Below are positions 18,356-26,696 of a DNA stretch of 29,877 nucleotides, one piece after another; within the stretch, counting starts at the first letter, position 1, and each line of letters begins with the position of its first letter. Position numbers and translations under genes: made by a program. The notes under the pieces are model-generated. The model did not search any database. It was not told the DNA's origin and was given only the letters and a program-made list of their open reading frames with translations. The DNA comes from Oligoflexales bacterium (GTDB taxonomy: Bacteria; Bdellovibrionota_B; Oligoflexia; Oligoflexales; RGVZ01), in the NCBI GenBank assembly GCA_044236265.1, contig JBIIGV010000023.1, positions 1-29,877 on the forward strand, written 5' to 3'.

Positions 18356-19642
18356 TCAGATTGCAACAACTGTTTCCGACAATTTTGCCGATGCGATGAT
18401 GTGATCTAGAGCCATTTCGAAAACAAGATTCTCCTGAAGTCTTGGCTTTACTTGTTTTACGAAGTCTTCAAGTTTTTTCTCTTCCCATTTATCGGTGCCA
18501 GGGACGTTGTCCATAATGTGTTTACGGACTAACTCGTCAGTCACTTCGAGTTTTTCGTCCTGGGCTACGCCCCAGAGGATCAATGTGTTTTGAGCCTTCG
18601 TCTTGGCGTTGTCGCGGAATGATTTACGCACATCTTCGTTACGAAGAAGCTTTTTCTTTTCCTTTTCGTCGCCGATGTTTAGCTCCATGATCATGCTGTC
18701 AATCACCTGATCTACCATGCTTGGAGGGACGTCAAAAGAATTGCGCTGACGCAGTTCATCCATGATCGAAGCCTCAAGTTTTTGGCGGCGGAGCTGCTTT
18801 CCGCGCTTTTCGAGCTGCTTATTAATTTCAGCCTTCAGCGCATCCATGGTGTCAAAGCCAACATCTTTGGCAAACTCGTCATTGAGTTCCGGCATGGCTA
18901 GTTCTTGAAGGTTCTTTAGGTTGATTTCAAACTCAACGGCCTTTCCAGCCAGAGCGGGATCATTGTAGTCAGCAGGCAAAGTGATGGTGGCCTTCTTTGT
19001 TTCGCCCTTTTTCATGCCAAGGATCGCATTCTCAAGGTCTGCGAAAATTTCCTTGAATCCTAAGGCCACTGGAAACTCTTCCACGTCCATATTCTCGATC
19101 AGGTTGCCATTCTGGTAAACCTTATGGCCGATAAAGGCCAAATGTCCTGCGGCTGCTGCGGCGGTTTCTTCAAGGTTTTTGGTCTTGGCGTGACGACGAC
19201 GCAGGAAGTCGACTTCACGAGTCATGGACTCTGGCTTTACTTCGTACTTGTCTGCCTTGAGATCGAGCCCCTTCCAGTTTTTGACCTTGATTTCAGGCAT
19301 GACGTCGACAACAGCCGAGAAGTTGAAATCTTTGCCCGTCGTTGGCATGTCCATGTTTTCAACAACAGGAGCTGCAATTGGGTTGATTTTCTTTTCCTTA
19401 AGAACGTCGAATAGGTGCTTGTTGATTAACTTCTCTCCAACTTCGCCGCGCACACTGTCACCGTAAAGCTTTTTGATGACATTTAATGGAGCTTTGCCTG
19501 GGCGAAAGCCTTGTAGTTTCGCTTTCTTCTGGACGTTGCGGTAAGCGTCTTCGAAGGCCTTCTCTACGAGATCAGCTGTCAAAGCGACCTTAATGCGTCG
19601 CTGTACGGTATTAATTTCTTCTACGGAGGTGGTTAGGGACAT
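18356..19642 (-). CDS. tig: Trigger factor
   Basis: Ribosome-binding signature GFRPGKAP, central FKBP-like domain, ELNDEFAK, C-terminal chaperone domain. Start set at MSLTTSVEE (19642), preceded by SD CAGGAGA. Confidence 0.95.
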   Translation of the reverse strand: MSLTTSVEEINTVQRRIKVALTADLVEKAFEDAYRNVQKKAKLQGFRPGKAPLNVIKKLYGDSVRGEVGEKLINKHLFDVLKEKKINPIAAPVVENMDMPTTGKDFNFSAVVDVMPEIKVKNWKGLDLKADKYEVKPESMTREVDFLRRRHAKTKNLEETAAAAAGHLAFIGHKVYQNGNLIENMDVEEFPVALGFKEIFADLENAILGMKKGETKKATITLPADYNDPALAGKAVEFEINLKNLQELAMPELNDEFAKDVGFDTMDALKAEINKQLEKRGKQLRRQKLEASIMDELRQRNSFDVPPSMVDQVIDSMIMELNIGDEKEKKKLLRNEDVRKSFRDNAKTKAQNTLILWGVAQDEKLEVTDELVRKHIMDNVPGTDKWEEKKLEDFVKQVKPRLQENLVFEMALDHIIASAKLSETVVAI

Positions 19643-19819
19643 GGTTGGTCTCCTGTTGGTCTGTCTTGTGGCCCTCATCAGAGCCGGTTTGGATCTAAAA
19701 ATTAGGGCCTTTCTGATACCAGTTAAAAGGCCAGAGGGAAAGGATTTTTCCCTTGATCAAGCAGCTAATTGCCCCCAAAATGAAAGGAAGAGGTCTTAGA
19801 TAGAATAGGGGAGTGCTTC

Positions 19820-19969
19820 ATGGCGCGTCTTTGGCGATCAGTGGCGTTTTTGGCGATTTGTTTTGCAGCCGTTGTGGCGATGCGTATCTACCTGAATAAA
19901 CAGGTTGAATTGGCTAGGGCAACCCAAAATTACGACGGTGGGATCGAAACAACCCCTGCAAACCGTTGA
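19820..19969 (+). CDS. Putative 49-aa single-pass membrane protein (not in the ORF track)
   Basis: SD GGGGAG, then ATG; MARLWRSVAFLAICFAAVVAMRIYLNKQVELARATQNYDGGIETTPANR*. It fills the gap between tig and the cNMP gene without overlap. Confidence 0.6.
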   Translation: MARLWRSVAFLAICFAAVVAMRIYLNKQVELARATQNYDGGIETTPANR

Positions 19970-19987
19970 ATTCGGGTTGGCAAACCC

Positions 19988-20989
19988 TTAGTCGAGTTGG
20001 TGGAGCGATAGCTTTTGAAATACGGCGAGATGGCGCGCAAGCGTGCTGATTTCGCCCTTTGTTACCCTGAGTCCAAGTCCTGACTCCGAGGACGTTTTGG
20101 TTGGTTTTATGGTGTCTCCAAATCCCTGAAATGCAGGGATGTAGTCGGCCCAATTGGTTGTTGTCATCTGAGCAGCTGCGCCGGCATCCTTAAGTTCTTC
20201 AAGGGAGACGGTAAATTGGTCGTAGGGCGCCTTTGCCTCTAGTTTTACCAATAGCTTCATGATCTGTGGGATCGCTTCGGGAATTTCGCGAAGCTTCGGA
20301 TTTGATTTTGTAAATGTCGTTACAAACTTTGCGAACTGGCTCAAAGCAGCGCGATTTGGCATGGACAACGTTGTGGCGCGGTAACTGTCCAGTTTGGATC
20401 CGAGAACGCCCTCGGAGCACAATACATCAAGAAGCAGTTTTACTTTTTGTGGTGGGTCACCAAAGACCTGAGTTAATTCGTCTTCAATGACTTTGCGCGC
20501 AATGTTCCACTCTTTGCCATCTTTTGATCCGTCACGATGCCATAAGAGTTCCATGGTATGCATCATACGCAAGGTGTTGTGGTAAGGTTTCGCGCTAACG
20601 CCCTGGGCTGGTGGCGGAACAGTTCCGCCTGCTGCTTCGATTACTTTCAGGCGATCATTAGTGACCCTTAGTCGGCCGCTTAATGCACTCATTAGGCCGA
20701 CGAACCACTTTGGAATCTGGCGCATCAATTTACCGAAGTCGTCGAGAGAAATATGGGTGATCTCGGCATCCATCGAAGCTTTTACCGATGCGCTGCGAGG
20801 CATGCGGTCGAATAATGCCATTTCGCCAACCATGCCACCCTCTGGAATGCGCGCGAGGATAACTTCCTTGCCGCCTTGCTCGAAATACACAACAAGCTCG
20901 CCTTTACGTACGAGGTACATCCCGTCCGCACTGTCACCGGCCTTGAAGACAACGGAGCCGGCTTTCAACGATTTATTGGTTCCCGCCAA
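19988..20989 (-). CDS. Cyclic nucleotide-binding (Crp-like) domain protein with an extended C-terminus
   Basis: VFKAGDSADGMYLVRKGEL...GEMALFDRMPRSASVKA phosphate-binding cassette, then a C-helix (LSGRLRVTN). Probable TTG start at 20989 after SD GGGAGA; the ORF track starts at 21022. Confidence 0.88.
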   Translation of the reverse strand: MAGTNKSLKAGSVVFKAGDSADGMYLVRKGELVVYFEQGGKEVILARIPEGGMVGEMALFDRMPRSASVKASMDAEITHISLDDFGKLMRQIPKWFVGLMSALSGRLRVTNDRLKVIEAAGGTVPPPAQGVSAKPYHNTLRMMHTMELLWHRDGSKDGKEWNIARKVIEDELTQVFGDPPQKVKLLLDVLCSEGVLGSKLDSYRATTLSMPNRAALSQFAKFVTTFTKSNPKLREIPEAIPQIMKLLVKLEAKAPYDQFTVSLEELKDAGAAAQMTTTNWADYIPAFQGFGDTIKPTKTSSESGLGLRVTKGEISTLARHLAVFQKLSLHQLD

Positions 20990-21160
20990 GGGTCTTAATC
21001 TCCCAAGAAGATACTTTTTCAATGAAGGCTATCGGCTGATTTGGGCCTGGCGTTAGTCCTAAGCTTAGCGCCTCTCAGGGTCCTTCAGAAAATGCGTGCT
21101 CTTTGTCGAATTCCCAAAATCCAGGCTTTGCTCGAGGATAACCCCCTATAATTACGCATA

Positions 21161-21216
21161 ATAAGATTTATTTATATTAATATTTTTATAGACTTTAATA
21201 AAATTTGTGATACTAT
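21161..21216 (+). promoter_or_regulatory. AT-rich sigma70-type promoter of the exported-protein cluster, with a LysR-like box
   Basis: TAGACT (21189-21194)-16 nt-TACTAT (21211-21216) with an extended TG; very AT-rich upstream segment; ATAA-N7-TTAT dyad at 21161-21175. Confidence 0.5.
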
Positions 21217-21256
21217 CCGGGGCGATTTCTAACAGTAGACACTGGTTGAGGATCTT

Positions 21257-22636
21257 ATGCGTAAGCATGGAGCGAGAGTATTGAGCGCGATAGCCCTTAG
21301 TTTGGGGTTATCTCTTTCTGCATTTGCTGCAAGCTTGAATGACATTCAGCAAAATCCTGATCCTGCCTTTTTTGAAGAGCTTTCAGCGCGACTTGGCTGT
21401 GAGCAAGCGGCGCAATGGGTAGCTCAACCTGCCGGCGGTGCTGGTGAGTTTCTGGCAACTCTGACGACTATGAAAGATGAGGCAAAAAAGCGGTCTGGCC
21501 GCGAAGATCGTGCTCGCTCTTGGTATGCCTTAATCAAACAGAACTTTTTCAACAGCAAAAAAACTGCTGAACATTGTTCCCCTTCGAATGGGCGAACAAA
21601 TAATGACGGTTTGTCAGCATTACTTAGCAAATTTCCGGAAGGACTGGTCGTCGTGGGGCTTGGGGGATTCGGTAGTCACACAGCCTCCGAAGGAACTCTG
21701 ACGACATCCTTTGAGACGTGGAACAAAACACACCAGCAAGCGATTGCGACTGGTAAATTAAAATTTATGCGTGTTGAGTGTTCGTTTAGCTATTCGCCTG
21801 ACGAATCATTCTGTGCAGCCGACATGCTTAAAACTATTGAATCCGCGCTTGCCACGCAAGATCCATCCGGCAAAATGCGACTTCTTTTGTGGGGCTATTC
21901 CAAAGGCGGAATCAGTGCCGTTGAAATGTTGAGGACAACGCCGTGGCTTAGAGATCGCACGGCAGCTGTAGTCAGTGTTGGTACGCCGTTTCAAGGTTCA
22001 GCTTTGATTGATCGTATGGCGGTCGCTGTCGACAAGTTCGTAGCCAATAGTCAAATTCCAGGAACTCCTGATGCTATGGGCGCAGACACCATCATGAAGC
22101 TAATTCAAATGTGGATTGGCGGTGCTAGGGCTGATGTTGACGACATCATGAAAAACTTTGCGAAAGTGCGCGAGGGCGTGCACTCGCTGACAACAAAGTC
22201 GCGCGCCGTTAGCCTGAGTCGAAACCTACCAACCGGGGCGTTTCTTCGCTCGAATGGTTCAAAAATTCCAGTATATCAAATAGCCGGGATCGTAGACCCA
22301 TCCAGAATGGTCGGAATACCTGTGATGTCGGTTAAGGGTGGTAAGCTTGTTGCCGTGGATAGGTCTTACGACGTTCTGCACGCAGGCCAACTAACTGCCA
22401 TGATGTCATCAGTGACAAAGCCGCTGTCTGATTCGTGCGTCGCGTTGGAGGATGCTTTATTGCCACTCGCTCCTGCTCGTGCTTCTGGATTAGACCCGCA
22501 TTTTTTGACGGTGCTGCGCCTTGATCACCTTGGACTAAGGTTTCACCGTCTTCCTAATGAATTAAAACACGGCGTACCCGATCACGCTTTGGTTGATGCG
22601 GCGCTGGCGACGATTGCAAGGAGGTCAACACCATGA
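21257..22636 (+). CDS. Secreted alpha/beta-hydrolase (lipase-like)
   Basis: Signal peptide ending AFA; oxyanion-region VVGLGGF; nucleophile elbow WGYSKGG (S215); VGTPFQGS; LSDSCV (Asp) and LDHLG (His). GAGG SD. Confidence 0.8.
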   Translation: MRKHGARVLSAIALSLGLSLSAFAASLNDIQQNPDPAFFEELSARLGCEQAAQWVAQPAGGAGEFLATLTTMKDEAKKRSGREDRARSWYALIKQNFFNSKKTAEHCSPSNGRTNNDGLSALLSKFPEGLVVVGLGGFGSHTASEGTLTTSFETWNKTHQQAIATGKLKFMRVECSFSYSPDESFCAADMLKTIESALATQDPSGKMRLLLWGYSKGGISAVEMLRTTPWLRDRTAAVVSVGTPFQGSALIDRMAVAVDKFVANSQIPGTPDAMGADTIMKLIQMWIGGARADVDDIMKNFAKVREGVHSLTTKSRAVSLSRNLPTGAFLRSNGSKIPVYQIAGIVDPSRMVGIPVMSVKGGKLVAVDRSYDVLHAGQLTAMMSSVTKPLSDSCVALEDALLPLAPARASGLDPHFLTVLRLDHLGLRFHRLPNELKHGVPDHALVDAALATIARRSTP

Positions 22637-23961
22637 TGATGCTGACCAGGCTATTCATCGTTTTTTTGGCGATGACCACCAGCAGTGAGCTGCGCGCGCA
22701 AAGCGTAGCGGCAATTAATGCATCTCCCGTGGCATTCACGACATTTAGGTCCTCGATGCCGGATGAAAAGGCAGCCCCGATTGTCGAATCGATGACCCGC
22801 CATTTGAGATCAGCCATTGTTGACGTTTATGCCAATGAGATGATCGGCAGTATGTCGGAATTCGCCTCTCAGCTGCCACCCGCTGTTTTGGGTAGCTCAG
22901 GCTACGCGATAGGGGAGATTGATAGAGCAATCGATACGCGAGTCATGCCAGAAATCAGGCCAGTTCTAGAGTCGTTGTCGGAAGATGAAGTCATCAAATT
23001 TGATATTGAATTTATGTGGGCAGACGCAGTCGCACTCGAGCAGTTGCCGTCCTCGTCTCTGTCGACGTCGGCTTTGATTGGTGTGCTGCGGATGAGTGGG
23101 CGCCAAGATGCGGCAACGCTGCTTGATATGCGCTGGCTTGATATTGATGAGCACGATCCCAAGGGTGCTCTGCGCAAACGGTTGCAGTCAGCTGAGCTGC
23201 TGAAACAACTCGTCTCCGGGCGAAAGGGCGAATGGACACCTTGGACGGCCACGGTAAAGATGATCATTGATCGTGACGGAATTCGAATTGATCAGGAAGG
23301 ACTGCTTATTCCGGCAGGATTCTTTAAGCCAACGAGAATTGAAAAGCCGGGTGTTGTGGTTGAGATGGTGACCTATGCGCCGCTGCACTTTCCATATAAT
23401 AAGGACGGCACGATCGGTCCGACAGATATGGCTCGTTTAAGTTTTAAACGTCATTATGGAAGCGAAGAGCAGCACAACGACAGTGATCTGCGCCTGGCAT
23501 TTGGACAATGGACTCCAGAGGGTTTTAAAATTGTCGAGAGTGCTAAATGCGCACGCATGGTGGAACGCATTCCAACGATTCACGGACGTGTGGTCTTTGC
23601 GGAGTCTACCTGGTGGGGATCTGTGGTCGGTTGGCTCAGATCGTGGTTTGTCACACAGATTTCGACAAAAATTCTACTGCAAGATTTAAGCATCAGTTAT
23701 GATCGGGACACTCATAAAATCTCAGTAGACCCGCGAAAAAGCATTATCCCGATTATCGTTTCATCCAATGATGTGTTTAGCGGGGGGAAACCTTACGTTC
23801 TTGATCCAAGGGCAGGGGTCTTCGGTATCAATCTTTATGAGCGATTTGTTGGTTCTCAGATCGCCGACGGTCTGTCGGCTGACTTAAATAAAACGCTAAG
23901 TGATGCTGATGCCGCTTTGTCCCAGATGATTATGGGTATCGCCGGCGGCATTGTGGAGTAA
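22633..23961 (+). CDS. Exported hypothetical protein, translationally coupled to the lipase
   Basis: 442-aa ORF with strong SD AGGAGG, ATGA overlap with the lipase stop and a signal-peptide-like N-terminus. No recognised family. Confidence 0.7.
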   Translation: MMMLTRLFIVFLAMTTSSELRAQSVAAINASPVAFTTFRSSMPDEKAAPIVESMTRHLRSAIVDVYANEMIGSMSEFASQLPPAVLGSSGYAIGEIDRAIDTRVMPEIRPVLESLSEDEVIKFDIEFMWADAVALEQLPSSSLSTSALIGVLRMSGRQDAATLLDMRWLDIDEHDPKGALRKRLQSAELLKQLVSGRKGEWTPWTATVKMIIDRDGIRIDQEGLLIPAGFFKPTRIEKPGVVVEMVTYAPLHFPYNKDGTIGPTDMARLSFKRHYGSEEQHNDSDLRLAFGQWTPEGFKIVESAKCARMVERIPTIHGRVVFAESTWWGSVVGWLRSWFVTQISTKILLQDLSISYDRDTHKISVDPRKSIIPIIVSSNDVFSGGKPYVLDPRAGVFGINLYERFVGSQIADGLSADLNKTLSDADAALSQMIMGIAGGIVE

Positions 23962-23966
23962 AGATT

Positions 23967-24575
23967 ATGAATTTGTCGAAGCTTATCCTGGTCAATACGC
24001 TGCTATTAATGGCTGCCTCCGCTTGGGCCTCCGATCGTGAGCGTCTTGTGCCGCTGTTTAGCGATCGGTATCACAATGCCTATTTGTCGGGGCGCTGCGG
24101 TGATAATATTATTAATTTTCTGCGTAAGGCTAATGAGCAAGGTATAGATACGCGCAATATCAGTATGGTGTTGATTCAGAATAAAGGGTTTTCTGGCTTT
24201 GGTATGGTCAATGCCGAAGCCGCGCGTGACTCGGTTCGCGGTGTGCCCGTCGCATCAGAAAAAAATTGGTATCATCATGTGATCGCGGTTGATAGCGAGG
24301 GGTTTGTATACGATTTTGATTATACCGAGCGTCCCTTGATAACAGACCTGAATACATACGCCGAAAAAATGTTTCTCAACGAGCCTGAATGCATTGGGGG
24401 ACGCCCATCAGGTGAGTTTTGTATTGGTCGAAGCGATAAGCTTAATGACTACAAGATCAAAATTATCCCGTCTGATGTCGCCATTTCAGGCGAAGATGAT
24501 GCGACCGAATTGCCTTCAGTTAACTTGAAATCATTCCTGCAAAATTGGAAGGATCTGTTGAAAGGTCGGCCATAG
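23967..24575 (+). CDS. Secreted Cys-His-Asp enzyme resembling protein N-terminal glutamine amidohydrolase (NTAQ1/WDYHV) or protein-glutaminase
   Basis: Signal peptide ending AWA; motifs [10 protein letters not shown] (C44), NWYHHVIAV (H104) and FVYDFDY (D116), in the order and spacing of NTAQ1 YCEENI / WDYHV / IYDLD. Confidence 0.65.
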   Translation: [202 protein letters not shown]

Positions 24576-24658
24576 GTCGTTTCCAGTGATTGCGTGTTCA
24601 CCTAGCGGCTGTTAGAGTGTTTATGATGGTTAACGCTCACAAGCCCGCGAGTTGATTT

Positions 24659-25126
24659 ATGAGAATTTGGAATTCACACTACATCTCGATTGCGATAATT
24701 GGAATTTTCATGGCAACGAAGGTTGGCGCCACCACGCTATTCGGCGGAAGCTTTGTTCCACTTGCTGTACCGTCATCAGAAAAGAAGGTCTCCATAAATA
24801 AAGCCCGCTTTGGCAAGCAAGAGCTTTGCGGAATCGAGCTTAAGTCCAATGTTATCGTGCTGAACACTAAAGTTTGGCAGCAATTGGCATCTTTGCTCGA
24901 CGTTCAAGAAATTCATGATGACCGTGTTTTTCAGTCAGTTGAACCCTCAATTACGACAGACTATTCGCCGCGTCTTCGTTATGTGTTCAGTCGTCTCGAT
25001 GCTGACTACAGCACATTTGTGTTTCGCTCAAAAGACGGATCAAATCTGAGAGACATTGCCAAAGCCTTGCTGGGTAAGACGTCGAGTGAGGTCGGCCTGG
25101 TTGCTGTTGGCTATTCATGTAACTAA
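24659..25126 (+). CDS. Small exported hypothetical protein
   Basis: 155 aa, hydrophobic N-terminal signal-like segment, two Cys (one near the C-terminus). No recognised family. Confidence 0.6.
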   Translation: MRIWNSHYISIAIIGIFMATKVGATTLFGGSFVPLAVPSSEKKVSINKARFGKQELCGIELKSNVIVLNTKVWQQLASLLDVQEIHDDRVFQSVEPSITTDYSPRLRYVFSRLDADYSTFVFRSKDGSNLRDIAKALLGKTSSEVGLVAVGYSCN

Positions 25127-25294
25127 ATTTTGGTGTGGATCGTTTCCGCTGGAAAGGTCGGATTGCGGAAGTTTTTAAACTTACCCAATTATTCTGGATG
25201 CTTAGGTTTTTGTTTGAGAAAATAGATTGGCCTAGGCATTTTTTGGTAAAGAAATCCCCATAAAATTCCGAAATATTTTGGAAAAGGGGGAGCA

Positions 25295-26590
25295 ATGACT
25301 TATCGATTAATCTCGAGTTGCTGCAGGATCCTGTATGCAGGAGTCGCCTCTTTGGCGATGGTTCACGTCGCCCTCACAGTATCGAGTTGCAAGAAAAATG
25401 TTGTCCAAAAATCCAAGCTAGCTGTTTATGGTGGTGAGGATCAGTTCTCCCAAGCTGTGTGCAATAAAAAAATAAGTGTGGCTCGATTTTCTCAAGTAAA
25501 AATTGGGTCGAAGACGATAGCAATGCTCTCCCCTGATTACTGTGTGAATCGCAGTAAGTCGAAGTATTCAGCACAAAATAAAGGTGAATTCGCGTTAGCT
25601 GGCGTTCGTTCTTCTGTGCCAGCGCCGAAGCCTGTTTTTGTTCATTATGGATACGCCGGTAACTCTAGTCATGACAGCGTTGTGCGTGATGGGGGTGCGC
25701 AAATTATCGACTGGGCGCGTGGTGCAGGGTATCGGGTTTTGAATGTCAGCGGAATGGATCTTGGGGAAGCGCAAAGAGTTATCGCCGATGATCGCAGGTC
25801 GCACCCTCGGGACTACGAAGGTGGCGGTCATGTTACATTTAACGTTGATGCGCACGGTGGAACCGATGAAAATGGAATTCACCGAATTTATTCGTCCAGC
25901 GAGTCTTCCAATTCTCGCGTTAATTCAAATCTGAGAACAACGGATGTTTTGAGTGCATTCGTAAATTCCGCTGGTTCTAGGGTCGGTACAATTGTTTGCA
26001 ATGTTCAGTCTTGTGAAGGCTCTGACACAATAAGCGATCCGAACTTTGAAAATCTCCGACAAAATTCCGGGAATCCAGATCAAATGCGTGTCTTTCACTT
26101 TGGTGGAGGTCCAGGCACACCAGCTCAAACGCCGTGGGATGGTGCTGTGTCGGGTGAGCAAAGGTCGAAAATCGAACAATCAACCTTACTCATGCTTCAA
26201 AATGCGAATCCTGAGCGGGGATTGACAGTAGGTGGGTTCCAGGAAATTCAGGATGACAAGGACCTTCGTTTACTGCGGCCGGAAGTTACTTCATATTTCG
26301 TTCCTACAGCTCCGGGTGCAATATCAGACACCGGTAATCCTTTAGGCACAGAGTCTCACCGAGAACTAAAATATTTTGATGAGGGGGCTCAGTCGCCCAC
26401 GCTTGTTGGGCCTTCAGAGGCTTATCTTATTCCACCAGGTGTTGCTCCTATTCAGGGGTTCAAGCCAGTTTTAGGTAAAGACGGCATCAATAGTGAGATT
26501 CAAACTATGCCATCCCAGGTATCCGGGGGGTTTATCCATAATGATGGCCTTCAACCATCGAATGACAGAAAAAGTGATTTGGAGCCTTGA
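25295..26590 (+). CDS. Lipoprotein with a caspase/hemoglobinase-fold-like His-Cys dyad
   Basis: SD GGGGGAG; lipobox-like VSS-C; VTFNVDAHGG (H187) and IVCNVQSCEG (C240), each following a hydrophobic strand as in clan CD proteases. Confidence 0.55.
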   Translation: MTYRLISSCCRILYAGVASLAMVHVALTVSSCKKNVVQKSKLAVYGGEDQFSQAVCNKKISVARFSQVKIGSKTIAMLSPDYCVNRSKSKYSAQNKGEFALAGVRSSVPAPKPVFVHYGYAGNSSHDSVVRDGGAQIIDWARGAGYRVLNVSGMDLGEAQRVIADDRRSHPRDYEGGGHVTFNVDAHGGTDENGIHRIYSSSESSNSRVNSNLRTTDVLSAFVNSAGSRVGTIVCNVQSCEGSDTISDPNFENLRQNSGNPDQMRVFHFGGGPGTPAQTPWDGAVSGEQRSKIEQSTLLMLQNANPERGLTVGGFQEIQDDKDLRLLRPEVTSYFVPTAPGAISDTGNPLGTESHRELKYFDEGAQSPTLVGPSEAYLIPPGVAPIQGFKPVLGKDGINSEIQTMPSQVSGGFIHNDGLQPSNDRKSDLEP

Positions 26591-26696
26591 TTAAATCTTC
26601 TTGAGTTTGAACACTACTTAAGCAGTCACATTTTCGAACCAAAAGCGGCACTTTGACGCACGAGAAAAAAGCATTTTCTCCGTTGAATTGGCGGAC

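Noticed and set aside
19643..19819. Possible tRNA upstream of tig (tRNA-Leu often sits there)
   Set aside because: Only two short dyads are present; no cloverleaf, T-loop GTTCRA or CCA end on either strand.
21198..21225. Full CRP site at AAATTTGTGATACTATCCGGG
   Set aside because: Only the TGTGA half is present, with no TCACA after N6; it is equally explained as an extended -10 element.
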